From: Candidatus Daviesbacteria bacterium
GTDB lineage: Bacteria; Patescibacteriota; Microgenomatia; Daviesbacterales; UBA10151
Length of the DNA: 64,000 nucleotides
Assembly: GCA_028715175.1 (NCBI GenBank)
Contig: JAQUSJ010000001.1
Location: forward strand, 340,550-404,549
Direction of reading: 5' to 3'
Of the stretch, positions 29,258-40,125 are shown piece by piece. Position 1 is the stretch's first letter. Each line of letters starts with the position of its first letter. The position numbers were made by a program, and so were the translations under genes. A model generated the notes under the pieces. That model was not told the origin of the DNA. It ran no database searches and was given only the letters and a program-made list of their open reading frames with translations.

Positions 29258-30010
29258 ATGGAAAGATTTAGTTATGAATGGGTTAAATTTAATAAGATAG
29301 TTCCTGATTACGAGATTCAGTTTTTAAAATGGATTCATATATTTAAACCCGAAGATTTCAAAGATAAGAGAATATTAGATGCAGGATGTGGAATGGGCAG
29401 GAATAGTTACTGGCCACTTCTATATGGAGCAAAAGAGGTTGTAGCTTTTGATCATGATCATAATATAGTGAACGTAGCAAGAAAAAATTTGTCAAATTTT
29501 AAAAATGTTAAAATTTATTATCAGTCGATTTATAGAATAATATATAAAGATTATTTTGATATAGCATTTTCGATTGGAGTGATACATCATTTACAATATC
29601 CGCAAAAAGCCATTACCAATTTGATTAATTCTGTAAAAAAGAACGGTACGGTACTTATTTGGGTTTATGATAAAGAGGGGAGTAAACGGATAGTAGAAAT
29701 AGTTAATTTCTTACGGTATTTTACTTCTAGACTACCGCTACAGATTGTAGATGTTTTGTCTTATTTGATTACAGTTTTTTTGTGGGTATATTTAAAGATA
29801 ATAATGCAAACACATCCTTATTTTCAACAAATATCAAATTTTAATTTTTGGCACTTAAGATCAATAGTTTTTGATCAATTAATACCTAAAATTGCAAATT
29901 ATTGGTCTAGGGAAGAAGTACTTGCTTTATTTAAGGATAAAAGATTAAAAAATATTAAAATCTTTAAAGTTAACAATAATTCCTGGACCGTAACTGCACA
30001 AAAAAAGTAA
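29258..30010 (+). CDS. Class I SAM-dependent methyltransferase
   Basis: 'ILDAGCGMGRNS' motif I. Confidence 0.7.
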   Translation: MERFSYEWVKFNKIVPDYEIQFLKWIHIFKPEDFKDKRILDAGCGMGRNSYWPLLYGAKEVVAFDHDHNIVNVARKNLSNFKNVKIYYQSIYRIIYKDYFDIAFSIGVIHHLQYPQKAITNLINSVKKNGTVLIWVYDKEGSKRIVEIVNFLRYFTSRLPLQIVDVLSYLITVFLWVYLKIIMQTHPYFQQISNFNFWHLRSIVFDQLIPKIANYWSREEVLALFKDKRLKNIKIFKVNNNSWTVTAQKK

Positions 30011-30060
30011 ATTTATTTAAAACAGACATTATTACGGATAGTTTAATTTTATTCATTGGA

Positions 30061-31158
30061 TTAATGATTTAAAAGATAATCCACAATTACAGTAGAAGGT
30101 CTTTCGTTTAATTGTATCGGTCTTTTTCTATATTTTTTATAATTCTTAAGAAAATTTTTTATAATATGCTCATTATCTTGGCTTATAATTACATTTTTCC
30201 CTAAGCCTTCTATTCTTTCCGTTCTATTCCTTAAGGCGAGTACCGGCAGCCCCATATAAGAAGCTTCTTCTTGGTTAGTACAGCCATCAGTTGCTATGAA
30301 TTCCGCTTGGCTCATTAATTTCATGAAGTTGGTATAGGGTAGTTTCTCAATTGTGATTAATTTGTCTTGTCTATTTCGCGTGAGATTTTTTGGTAAAAGA
30401 TCCTTGTTGAGGAAGTGGATAGAAAATAAACAATTCAGATCAGCAGGGGCATTATTTAAGATTGTGTTGATAATTTTTCCAGTCCACTCTTTTTGAAAAT
30501 AGAGATGTTCCTGACGGCGGATATACAAAATATAATATTTTTTGTATTTTTGTTTAAAATCTAAATTTTTATTTGTCTTCATTGCCCATGTAAAAGCTTC
30601 TATCAATGTATTTTGTTTAGTATCAATCTTTGTTCCTTTAAAGGTTTTTATATTATTTATTGCCCATTGATTTGGGCAAAAAAGAATATCAGCAAGACGC
30701 ATATTTATTACTCTGCAAATTTCTTCCGGGAAAGGCTCTAAAAAGCTAAAAGAACGTAACCCAGACTCTATATGTGCTAACTTAAAACCATGAAATTTTG
30801 CAATTAAAGATCCTATAGTTGAAGAAACTGTGTCTCCATGCACAATAAAGTATGAGTTATTTTTATTTAAATCTTGAAACTCTTTTTTTAAAGAAATAAT
30901 CCCTTCAAACAGAGATTGAAAAGCCCATATAACAAATGAAAACATTGAAGATTTCCTGGGTTTTTCCTTGAGGGCTATATCTGTTTTTATTAAGCCGATA
31001 TAACCTTTTAAATCATCAAAATTGATAGGATTTTGACCGGAAGTAATGACTTTAAATTTTATTTTTTGTTTTTTAAATTCTTTTATCACAGGGGCAAGTT
31101 TGATAAACTCTGCTGTTGTCCCCATAAAAAAATATACCTTCTTTTCTACTGTGCCCAT
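30061..31158 (-). CDS. UDP-N-acetylglucosamine 2-epimerase-like (WecB/NeuC family)
   Basis: 'FFMGTTAEFIKLAPV', 'HGDTVSSTIG', 'HIESGLRSF', 'DGCTNQEEASYMGLPVLALRNRTER' parallel WecB conserved blocks. Confidence 0.7.
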   Translation of the reverse strand: MGTVEKKVYFFMGTTAEFIKLAPVIKEFKKQKIKFKVITSGQNPINFDDLKGYIGLIKTDIALKEKPRKSSMFSFVIWAFQSLFEGIISLKKEFQDLNKNNSYFIVHGDTVSSTIGSLIAKFHGFKLAHIESGLRSFSFLEPFPEEICRVINMRLADILFCPNQWAINNIKTFKGTKIDTKQNTLIEAFTWAMKTNKNLDFKQKYKKYYILYIRRQEHLYFQKEWTGKIINTILNNAPADLNCLFSIHFLNKDLLPKNLTRNRQDKLITIEKLPYTNFMKLMSQAEFIATDGCTNQEEASYMGLPVLALRNRTERIEGLGKNVIISQDNEHIIKNFLKNYKKYRKRPIQLNERPSTVIVDYLLNH

Positions 31159-31195
31159 TGTTAAGATAGAAGCACTATAATATACTTTTTACGCA

Positions 31196-33901
31196 ATGTC
31201 TATTATCCTAAGATTTAAGTTTCTTCTTCCTTTAATTCTTCTCCCGTTAGTTCTAGTTTTTATTTGGTTCAATAATGGTTTGATTATAGGTAGAGGAGAA
31301 GAAGGGTTGATTTTCTATAATCCTTCTAAAAATTTAGAACTTTCAAAATCAACCTGGGTTGAAATTAATACAGGTATGCCCAATTTATATTGGTTACCGA
31401 GACTACCTGTTTTGTATCTGACATCATTTTTAAATGATAAATTAGGATTGGCTCAATATCTAGTTCAAGCAGGTTTATTTTATTTGCTAATGGTAACTGG
31501 GACTATATCGATGTACTATTTGACACTATCTTTTTTAGAAGCTCACCCTTCAAGGCATTTAATATCTTTTATCTCTGCCCTATTTTATCTAATGAATCCA
31601 TTTTCAATCAGTCAAGTCTGGGGTAGGGGATTATATCCGCAATACTTTTCTTTTGTCTTATTCCCTCTATCTCTATTAATTTTGGTTAAGGCTTTAAAAC
31701 AAAAAAACTATTCTTATTTATTAATATTGATTCTTTCCTCATTAATTTTTTCTTGGTCATTTGGTTTTATCACTTCTTTTACAACTTACTGGTTAATTTT
31801 AGCGGGGTATTTCATTTGGTGGTTAGTAACTAATAAATTAAATAAAAAAGAAATTTTTTCTAGTTTGTCTCTTATGTTATTGTTTTTTTTAGGATGGTTA
31901 TTAGTTAATGCCTGGTGGTTTTTGCCTTTTATTACTGAAGGAAATGAAGTTTTTGCCGAATACTTAAATAATCAGTCAGAAAACTTAGGGACGTTATTAG
32001 GTGTAAGTAGGGCTTTTCCTCCCGATGTAATTATTAGACTCTTGCAGAAGGGATATTTCTTTGATGCTAGCGCATATAGTCAAATTTATTCAACGATTAC
32101 TTTTCAGCTGATTAGTTTTATTCCACCTTTTTTTGTTTTGATTGGTTTGATTAAAACAATTAAAAATAAAAATCCAAACCTTATGAAGTTTAGATTTTTA
32201 GCCGTATTATTAGTGGTGGGACTAGTTGTATCATTAGGTGCTAATCCTCCGTTTGGAAAATTATTCGTTTGGGTTTTTAAAAATTTTATCCCTTTGCAAG
32301 CTTTTAGGAATCCTTTTGAGAAATTTGGTCTTGTTTTTGTTTTAGGTTATTCTCCTTTTTTCGCTTATGGTTTAGTTTATATTTTTGAAAAAATAAAATT
32401 TAAATTTTTAGGATTATTTTTTATAATGTTTTTAATTTGTGGTATTTATGCCTGGCCAATGTGGACCGGACATGTTTTAACAGGAATAGACAAAAAAATA
32501 GGCGTTAATGTCCCGCAGTATTATGAAGATTTAAACGGATGGCTTAAAAATAACGATCCAGAGAATTATCGTTTGTTTACGACACCCATAAGGGGTGGTG
32601 AAGGAGCAACTTTTGGTTGGGACAGTACTACCTATAATGGGGTTGATCCCATGCATTTTATTTTGGATAGAGCTGCTGTTTCTAATGGAGCCCAGATTCC
32701 ATTTTATTACGATTTCGTTCAAGGTATTAGAAAATATATGGAAAGAGAAAACCTTACTCCCGTCCTCTCTCTTTTAAGAGCTAGGTTTTTAATTGATAGG
32801 AAAGATGCGATTCTCGTTACTGATGTAGAGAAAAAACAATATAAATTTTTAACGTCTGGCATATATCTCCCTGTAGGGGGAGAAAGCAATCTTAAAATTA
32901 TCTGCCCAAATATGGCAACAGATTTCAAAGTTAATGGTTTGGCTTGGATAGTTTGTCATATACCGTGGGAAGACAGAGATTTAAATAATATAAAATTTCT
33001 GCATGTAAAGATAAAAACTAATCCCCCAGCAGAGATAATAGTCTCTTTAAGAGATAATAAAGACGTAAGAATCGATTGGAATGGAAGAGTAGATTCAGAT
33101 TATCGGACTGACACCGATGATTGGCAATATATAACTCTTCCTCTGGGTACTCCAACTGAAAACGACAGTCATATGGATTTATCTAAGAGCGCTATACTAG
33201 AAGTATGGGCTTACTCTAAAGATAATTCGGAAAAGTCAGTCGAGCAAATTAATATTTCCGAAATAAAGTTAGATCCAGGGACGGAAACGGGAATAAATGA
33301 ATTTAAGAAAGCTGCAGAATTTGGTAAATTAACAGTTTTTGAACCAATTAATTTTAATCCTCCACCAGAGTTTGGAAATCTAACTTCAGTAAATTTTGTT
33401 AAAAGTTTCCCTCAATTTTTTGAAGAAGCTAATAAAAAAAGAGGTATTCTTGATAAAGAAGGATTTATCTTAATCTCGCAAAATAATCAGAAAAATTTGC
33501 AGGATTTAACGGATGCAGTTTTCGTAGAAGTTACTGATAAGTATAAAATTTCTGGCACCAGATATTGGGTAAAGGTTAATCAGGGTCAGGGTACAGGTTT
33601 GCTAATTTTAAGTAAGACTTTTAATCCGCAATGGAAAATTATAGCTGGTGTAAGCAAAGAAAAGCTTTCAGGTAGTTTTTTTGATGACTTGAATTTACTA
33701 AAAGCAGTTGTTCTGTCTGAAGAGAATCATTTTGTAGTAAACGGTTATGCTAATCTTTGGACTTTTGAAAATGATCAAAATCAATTAGCTATTGTTTTTC
33801 TTCCTCAAGTTTATGCAGACTTGGGATTAAAGATATCTGTAGCTTCTGTAGGCATACTTATATTAATTTGGGGAATATCTTCTATTATTAAAAAGATATA
33901 G
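31196..33901 (+). CDS. Giant polytopic membrane protein, AftD/DUF3367-like GT-C glycosyltransferase candidate with a large extracytoplasmic domain and C-terminal TM anchor
   Basis: 901 aa. The N-terminal 'GRGEEGLIFYNPSKNLELSKSTWVEINTGMP' parallels 'GGGDTGLPTYNPLFTATKIASNIWWDSLAPGIP' of the 45702/49589 proteins and the mycobacterial AftD 'DTKLDLTANPLRF...NLWNSDLPFG' block. Also shares the 'RNPFEKFG' motif and the C-terminal 'ANLW...LPQVYADLG' + TM helix. Confidence 0.5.
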   Translation: MSIILRFKFLLPLILLPLVLVFIWFNNGLIIGRGEEGLIFYNPSKNLELSKSTWVEINTGMPNLYWLPRLPVLYLTSFLNDKLGLAQYLVQAGLFYLLMVTGTISMYYLTLSFLEAHPSRHLISFISALFYLMNPFSISQVWGRGLYPQYFSFVLFPLSLLILVKALKQKNYSYLLILILSSLIFSWSFGFITSFTTYWLILAGYFIWWLVTNKLNKKEIFSSLSLMLLFFLGWLLVNAWWFLPFITEGNEVFAEYLNNQSENLGTLLGVSRAFPPDVIIRLLQKGYFFDASAYSQIYSTITFQLISFIPPFFVLIGLIKTIKNKNPNLMKFRFLAVLLVVGLVVSLGANPPFGKLFVWVFKNFIPLQAFRNPFEKFGLVFVLGYSPFFAYGLVYIFEKIKFKFLGLFFIMFLICGIYAWPMWTGHVLTGIDKKIGVNVPQYYEDLNGWLKNNDPENYRLFTTPIRGGEGATFGWDSTTYNGVDPMHFILDRAAVSNGAQIPFYYDFVQGIRKYMERENLTPVLSLLRARFLIDRKDAILVTDVEKKQYKFLTSGIYLPVGGESNLKIICPNMATDFKVNGLAWIVCHIPWEDRDLNNIKFLHVKIKTNPPAEIIVSLRDNKDVRIDWNGRVDSDYRTDTDDWQYITLPLGTPTENDSHMDLSKSAILEVWAYSKDNSEKSVEQINISEIKLDPGTETGINEFKKAAEFGKLTVFEPINFNPPPEFGNLTSVNFVKSFPQFFEEANKKRGILDKEGFILISQNNQKNLQDLTDAVFVEVTDKYKISGTRYWVKVNQGQGTGLLILSKTFNPQWKIIAGVSKEKLSGSFFDDLNLLKAVVLSEENHFVVNGYANLWTFENDQNQLAIVFLPQVYADLGLKISVASVGILILIWGISSIIKKI

Positions 33902-33938
33902 TTCATTGTATACTACAATCTAATTTAACCAAATTAAA

Positions 33939-36299
33939 ATGGAAGTTTTGATTTACTTAAAAACAATAGGTTTAATTTTAATCCTCTCCATTTGCGGATT
34001 TATAATTGTCAGAAGGATTTGTAATGACGTCCGTATCCAGATATTGCTTCCTACAGCAGTTATAACAGGGATGGCGCTTTATGTTTTTCTCCTGAACCTA
34101 GTAGCCTATATCATTAAAGGACCATCAGGATTTTATGTAGCTTTGGCGTTTGAAATCCTGTTGACGTACTTTTTAAAAGTAAAAATTAAACCTAAAGAAA
34201 TTATTTTTCCCCCAAAAAAAGAAAAAGCAGTTTGGATAATTTCTTTGTTAATCTGGTTCATTTTTTTGTTTCAAATTTGCGCAACTGGAAATGCCTCGAG
34301 TTGGGATTGGCTTTATCACTCAATACTTTCTTCTTTATTTGTCAGAGGTGATTTTCCAATACACACCCCTTTTCAACCTGATCGATTATCATCTTCTCAT
34401 GTTGGAGTACCGGAAATTTTAGGGTCATTAAGATTGTTTACAGGCGGAACTTATACTTTTTTAGGATCAACCATTTCACTAATTACTTTATTTGCAATAT
34501 CACAAATACTTCAGTGGATTCTTAAAATAAAAAACAGTATTTTTAATTTAATACTTCTTATATTTATTCCTCTGACAGCAATTGTGTCTCTGGGTAATTT
34601 TATGATTGTCTGGCCATACCAATTTAGTTTTCCTCAGATTGGCAATGGCATAATTAGTTGGCTTCATAATTTGCCAACTCTTTATAGCACTTACAATTCG
34701 TATGGAGCTCCGGTTTCATTAGATAGTTTAAATCTTTTTCTTCACCGGATGTTTGCGCTGTCAATTTTTTCAGCATTAATACCCCTTGCTTTATTCCCAA
34801 ATAAATTAAAAAGTTTTTTTTCTTCAGCCATAATTTTGATTTTACTTGCAGGATTAGCTCTTTCTGATGAGTCAGTTTTTATCGTGACAACCCCGGTTAT
34901 TATTTTAATATTATTTTTTACCTTGTTTAAAAAAAATATAAAGTTTTGGATTTTATTCTGTATGATTACTCTTGGTATAATCGTATTTCAAGGAGGACTT
35001 GTTAATGAAGTAATTTTCAAATCCAATACAACAATCGCAAAAGTATTGTTATTTCCAGACGATAATAAAGATCCTGCTGCAAGATTTGAAAAATACCGTT
35101 CCTATAGATTGGAAGCGCAATCCAGCAAGATGATTCCTGAAAAGAAAGAGTATAGTCCTTTCAGGTGGTTTCATTTTGGTGCTATATGGCAAGTAAGCGC
35201 TTTATTTATTGCATGTTTCGTATTTACTATAATTTTTAAAAACAAATTAACAGATAAATCGCCTTTGTATTTAACATGGTTGTTTTGTCTCTCGGGACTA
35301 ATTGCACTGGTTGCTTTTCATGGTATCGTACCTGAAGGTTGGACACATATAAACGGTAACCGTTTTCTATCTTTGTCTTATCAATTGTCAGGTATTGGAA
35401 TTATGATTTTTATCATTTTGGGTTGGATAAATCTTAAGGCTACAAATAGTTTTAGCAAATATTATTCTGTTGCCATAAAGATTTTCCTAGCATGGTTTGT
35501 GATAACATCCATTCTTCCAACTTTGGCTATTTTATTTCCAAGACAAAAGCAAAATTGGTTCAAAACAGTGATTGATTCTCCGAAAGCTGAACAGGTATGG
35601 ATAAAAGACAATTTAAAGGTAGATATAAGAATACTTCCTTTCATGGAAAAATTCCCTACCTCGGGATCTGTTCTGGAGGTAATTAATAATGTAGGAATAT
35701 TTACTCCTGTTTGGTACGAAGAGCCTGCAGCACAAGGTTTTGATGTCTCCCCTCCTTATTTAGATCTTTTCTTTACTCAAAATCCGGAAATTTTAAAAAT
35801 CTTAAAAGTAGATTATATTATGACAAATAAATCATATCGATCTATTCTTCCAGCCAAGCGGCTTGCCGATTTGAATAATCTAGAATATTTTAAGACCGTT
35901 TATAGTGACAAAGAAGGAGATGTGATAATTTCAAAAATTTTGCCTGATTATTTACTAAAGGCAGAAAATTATAAAGGCACATTTTACGAATTATCACAAA
36001 TTTTACCTGCAAAAGGCGCTTTTTTTATCGAACAGCCTTCTGGGATTGTAGAAGGAGTTTGGAGAGTAGCTTTTCTAACTTTGCAAATGCATAATTATCA
36101 GATGTATTATAGCTTAAAATTTATTCCTGTTTATAATTTCATTATTAATGTGCACTTGAAATTTAATGGTGAATCAAATAACAGGTATGATTATCTGGTA
36201 TTGGGACCAAAGACAGATCCGCAATCGATAGTAAAAACTCAGACTACATTAGTCTGGTCACAAATAGCAGGATATTTGAATGTATGGAAAGTAAACTAA
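33939..36299 (+). CDS. Large polytopic membrane protein of unknown function (possible GT-C-like)
   Basis: 786 aa, more than 12 predicted TM segments plus a soluble C-terminal domain. Confidence 0.4.
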   Translation: MEVLIYLKTIGLILILSICGFIIVRRICNDVRIQILLPTAVITGMALYVFLLNLVAYIIKGPSGFYVALAFEILLTYFLKVKIKPKEIIFPPKKEKAVWIISLLIWFIFLFQICATGNASSWDWLYHSILSSLFVRGDFPIHTPFQPDRLSSSHVGVPEILGSLRLFTGGTYTFLGSTISLITLFAISQILQWILKIKNSIFNLILLIFIPLTAIVSLGNFMIVWPYQFSFPQIGNGIISWLHNLPTLYSTYNSYGAPVSLDSLNLFLHRMFALSIFSALIPLALFPNKLKSFFSSAIILILLAGLALSDESVFIVTTPVIILILFFTLFKKNIKFWILFCMITLGIIVFQGGLVNEVIFKSNTTIAKVLLFPDDNKDPAARFEKYRSYRLEAQSSKMIPEKKEYSPFRWFHFGAIWQVSALFIACFVFTIIFKNKLTDKSPLYLTWLFCLSGLIALVAFHGIVPEGWTHINGNRFLSLSYQLSGIGIMIFIILGWINLKATNSFSKYYSVAIKIFLAWFVITSILPTLAILFPRQKQNWFKTVIDSPKAEQVWIKDNLKVDIRILPFMEKFPTSGSVLEVINNVGIFTPVWYEEPAAQGFDVSPPYLDLFFTQNPEILKILKVDYIMTNKSYRSILPAKRLADLNNLEYFKTVYSDKEGDVIISKILPDYLLKAENYKGTFYELSQILPAKGAFFIEQPSGIVEGVWRVAFLTLQMHNYQMYYSLKFIPVYNFIINVHLKFNGESNNRYDYLVLGPKTDPQSIVKTQTTLVWSQIAGYLNVWKVN

Positions 36300-36307
36300 A
36301 ATAGAGT

Positions 36308-37267
36308 ATGCCAAAAATATATCTTTCAATTATTGTACCTTTTTATAACGAAGTATCAAATTTGCCAGTACTGAATAAGGAATTATTGAAGGTCGTTGCG
36401 GCTATTAAGAGTAAATGTGAAATTATTTATGTGGATGATGCCTCAACTGATGGTTCTGTATATAGTTTGGTAAAGGATATTAAGAATAATGGAAACAAAA
36501 AAATCGATATTAAGCTTATATCGTTAAGAAAGAACTTTGGGCAAACAGCCGCAATTTCAGCAGGAATTGATTACGCAAATGGGGAAATAGTGGCAATTTT
36601 GGATGCAGACTTGCAAAATGATCCGACAGATCTGATAGTCATGATAGGGAAGCTGGAAATAGGATTTGACGCGGTTGTCGGATGGAGAAGAAATCGTCAA
36701 GATGGAAGCTCGCGAGTTCTTTTATCAAAGGTTGCCAACTGGCTAATCAGAATAATTTTTAAAACTCCTTTTCATGATTTGGGTTGTTCGCTGAAAGTAA
36801 TAAAAAGAAATTTTTTGAAAGATACCAGGTTTTATGGAGAATCGCATCGTTTAATATCTATCCTTTTATTCTGGAAAGGTGCAGCGGTTGAGGAAGTAAT
36901 AGTCAATCATAGGAAAAGACTTACCGGGCAATCAAAATACGGTTATTCACGGATAATAAAACTGATTCTTGATTTAGTTACATCCAAATTTTTAAGTGCT
37001 TATGGTACAAAACCAGCTTATGTTTTCGGTACATTTGGGATACTTAGTATTTTTGTAAGTATTCCCTTAATGGGGATGGTTTTGTATGATAAGTTTTACC
37101 ATGGTGTTTATGTACACAAAAATCCTCTATTTTTGATAGCCAGCTTTTTGATTTTACTGGGAATTCAGTTTTTGCTAATGGGTCTTCTGGCGGAGCTTAT
37201 TGTCAGGACTTATTTTGAAACCCAAAAGAAAACAACATATGAAATTAAAAATACAAAGGTTTACTAA
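36308..37267 (+). CDS. GT2 polyprenol-phosphate sugar synthase-like glycosyltransferase (GtrB/DPM1-like with C-terminal TM helices)
   Basis: 'LSIIVPFYNEVSNLP...YVDDASTDGS', 'LDADLQNDP', C-terminal TM pair. Confidence 0.75.
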   Translation: MPKIYLSIIVPFYNEVSNLPVLNKELLKVVAAIKSKCEIIYVDDASTDGSVYSLVKDIKNNGNKKIDIKLISLRKNFGQTAAISAGIDYANGEIVAILDADLQNDPTDLIVMIGKLEIGFDAVVGWRRNRQDGSSRVLLSKVANWLIRIIFKTPFHDLGCSLKVIKRNFLKDTRFYGESHRLISILLFWKGAAVEEVIVNHRKRLTGQSKYGYSRIIKLILDLVTSKFLSAYGTKPAYVFGTFGILSIFVSIPLMGMVLYDKFYHGVYVHKNPLFLIASFLILLGIQFLLMGLLAELIVRTYFETQKKTTYEIKNTKVY

Positions 37268-39114
37268 TGTGCGGAATTACAGGAATCGTAAGTTTTGATA
37301 AACCAATAGGAAGAAAAAATCTTTCTAAGATGCTCTCTCAAATTAAGTATAGAGGTCCTGATCAAAGAGGGACGTATATTAAGCCACATGTTTCTATGGG
37401 TATCCAAAGACTTAGCATCATTGATGTTATTACCGGTAATCAGCCTATTGAGAATGAGGACGGCAGTATTGCTGTTGTTTTTAATGGTGAAATTTATAAC
37501 TACCGTGAGTTAACTGAGAATTTAATAAAAAAGGGGCACATATTTAAGACTAAATCTGATACTGAGGTTTTGGTTCATTTGTATGAAGTTTACGGTGAAG
37601 ATATGAGTAAATATATAAACGGGATGTTCGCATTTGCCGTTTGGGACAGAAAAAGACAATTAATCTTTATTTCAAGAGATCCAGTGGGTATTAAACCTTT
37701 ATACTATTTTCAGAAGGGTGAGGAGTTAATCTTTGGGTCGGAATTAAAAACAATTTTAACTGATGAAAGCTTAAAAAGAGAGATTAATATTGATGCGCTA
37801 AGGATATATTCTTTATTCGGATATATTTCTTCGAATACTTCTATTTTTAAAAATATACATAAACTTCCTCCAGGAAGTAATTTAATTTTTTCCAAAACCA
37901 GAAAAAAAATTGTTAATTATTATTCTGTAGATTCTAAGAATTTTTCAGATGATCAGAATATAGATAAAATTTTAGAAGAAGCAGTAATATCACAATCTAT
38001 AGCCGATGTCCCTTTGGGGGTGTTATTGAGCGGAGGAATAGATTCCAGTCTAATTAGCTACTACCTTACTCAAAAACTGGGTAAAAGCATAAAAAGTTTT
38101 TCAATAGGCTTTGAGGAGAAAAGTTTTGACGAATCGTCGTATGCAAGAATAGTAGCTAAAATTTTAAAAACTGATCATTATCAAGAAAACTTTAGTTCCA
38201 AGGATGTCTATAGGTTGTTCCCAACAATGATAGAAAAAATGGATGAACCTTTAGCAGATCCCTCTCTTTTTCCTACATTTAAACTTTCTGCTTTGGCAAG
38301 AAAACACGTGAAAGTTGTTTTGAGTGGTGATGGGGGAGATGAACTTTTTGGTGGGTATCCCACATATCAGGGTCACTTGTTAGCTGAAAAATTAAATAAA
38401 TTCTTTCCTAAGTCTTTAGTTGATGCAGGGTTATGGTTAGTTGATCTTTCTGGTTCCTCTTTTGATAATTACCCGTTTGCAGAAACGACGAAAAGATTTT
38501 TAGGGGGTATTAACAAAGAGGGGATGCAAAGACACTTAGAATGGATGTCTCTGTATGGTTTAGAGAATTTATTGAGCAAGGAATTTTCAAGGAGTCAGAT
38601 TTTTAATGACAAATTATTTGAGAATTTCGAAAAGAAAATAGCAAAGATTACTAAAAAAACACCAACAAAATATCAGCTTTTGGATTTTTATACCTATTTA
38701 ACTGATGATCTTTTGGTAAAGATTGATAGGGCGTCTATGTTTAATTCCCTAGAAGTAAGGGTTCCTTTTTTAGATCTTAAAGTTATTCAATATGCGTTTA
38801 ACTTGCAACATAATCATGTTAGTTTATTTGAAACGAAAAGAATTTTAAGAGAGTTACTAAAAAAACATCTTCCTTCATCTATTGTGGATAGGAAGAAGAA
38901 AGGGTTTGGTATACCCCTTTCTAAATGGATTTATGCAGACCTAAAAAATTTAGTAAATGAGCATTTAGAAAATGAAGATTTATATAATTACTTTGATAAA
39001 GACAAGGTAAAAACGTTGCGGGATGATCATATGAAAAAAAGGCGAAATAATTCCAAGGTTTTATGGATGCTTACTATATTCAGCGGGTGGTTGAATAAAT
39101 GGTATGGTAATTAA
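37267..39114 (+). CDS. asnB: Asparagine synthetase B-type glutamine amidotransferase
   Basis: N-terminal 'MCGITGIV' Ntn Cys2; 'SGGIDSS' PP-loop; 615 aa. Confidence 0.85.
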   Translation: MCGITGIVSFDKPIGRKNLSKMLSQIKYRGPDQRGTYIKPHVSMGIQRLSIIDVITGNQPIENEDGSIAVVFNGEIYNYRELTENLIKKGHIFKTKSDTEVLVHLYEVYGEDMSKYINGMFAFAVWDRKRQLIFISRDPVGIKPLYYFQKGEELIFGSELKTILTDESLKREINIDALRIYSLFGYISSNTSIFKNIHKLPPGSNLIFSKTRKKIVNYYSVDSKNFSDDQNIDKILEEAVISQSIADVPLGVLLSGGIDSSLISYYLTQKLGKSIKSFSIGFEEKSFDESSYARIVAKILKTDHYQENFSSKDVYRLFPTMIEKMDEPLADPSLFPTFKLSALARKHVKVVLSGDGGDELFGGYPTYQGHLLAEKLNKFFPKSLVDAGLWLVDLSGSSFDNYPFAETTKRFLGGINKEGMQRHLEWMSLYGLENLLSKEFSRSQIFNDKLFENFEKKIAKITKKTPTKYQLLDFYTYLTDDLLVKIDRASMFNSLEVRVPFLDLKVIQYAFNLQHNHVSLFETKRILRELLKKHLPSSIVDRKKKGFGIPLSKWIYADLKNLVNEHLENEDLYNYFDKDKVKTLRDDHMKKRRNNSKVLWMLTIFSGWLNKWYGN

Positions 39115-40015
39115 GCAACTTTTTAATTCCTTCATCAATTGAGGTGATTGGTCTCCATTTAAGTAATTTTTTAGCTTTGTTGATATCAGCCTTTTTAAAC
39201 TTTTCTTCATACGGTCTAGGAGGAAGGAATTGAACATTACTTTTAAATAATTTTGCCATTTCTCTGATTGACTTTTGTTGTCCTCCGCCTAAATTTAATA
39301 TCTCGAAAGGACGCCTTAGTTTAGTAGTCATACCCAGTATTAATCCTCTTACTACATCAGTTATATAGGTAAAATCGCGGGTTTGGTCTCCTTTTCCGTA
39401 GATTGTTAATGGTTGCTTGTTCTTGATTTGTTCTAACCATTTAGTAAAAACTAATTTATAAGAACCTTTGGAAAACATTCTTGGGCCATAAACATTAAAC
39501 AGTCTAAAAATAATAATTTCTAAATTATAAGTTTGGCTGTAAATTTTGGAGTAATATTCACCCATCAATTTTTGATATGCATAGGGATTTTGGGGATTAG
39601 GTTGTAAAGATTCAAACAACGGTAAGCGTTTTTGGATCCCATAAACTGAGGAAGAGGATATGAAGAAGAATCGTTTAATCTTTAGTTGTCTTGCAAGCTC
39701 TAGAGCAACTATGGTTCCCTCTACGTTTGCCTGATGTGTTCCAATTGGGTCATCGATTGATCTTTCTATCCTTGGAAGAGCAGCTAGATGAAAAATATAA
39801 TCTGTATCCTTTAAAATTTTAGGTATTCTTTTTAGCACTTTTTCTATTGATAAGGATAAATTTAGGATTTTGACTTTTGTTTTACTTTTCTCCAAATTTT
39901 TTATGCTACCAGTGGAAAAATTATCAATAATTATTACATTGTGATTTTGTTTGACTAAGGCATCTACTAAGTGTGATCCAATAAAACCGGCACCTCCGGT
40001 AACTAAAATTTTCAT
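39080..40015 (-). CDS. NAD-dependent nucleotide-sugar epimerase/dehydratase (UDP-glucose 4-epimerase/UDP-glucuronate decarboxylase-like SDR)
   Basis: 'MKILVTGGAGFIGSHLVDAL'; 'YAYQKLMGE' YxxxK. Confidence 0.75.
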   Translation of the reverse strand: MKILVTGGAGFIGSHLVDALVKQNHNVIIIDNFSTGSIKNLEKSKTKVKILNLSLSIEKVLKRIPKILKDTDYIFHLAALPRIERSIDDPIGTHQANVEGTIVALELARQLKIKRFFFISSSSVYGIQKRLPLFESLQPNPQNPYAYQKLMGEYYSKIYSQTYNLEIIIFRLFNVYGPRMFSKGSYKLVFTKWLEQIKNKQPLTIYGKGDQTRDFTYITDVVRGLILGMTTKLRRPFEILNLGGGQQKSIREMAKLFKSNVQFLPPRPYEEKFKKADINKAKKLLKWRPITSIDEGIKKLLNYHTIYSTTR

Positions 40016-40125
40016 GATTTACTTACACTTTAATTAAGCAGTGGAATATTAATAGATTCATATATAAATTACAATTCTCCCCTTAGGTATAAATATTTTG
40101 TGGTAGTTATGTTAATATAATATTT

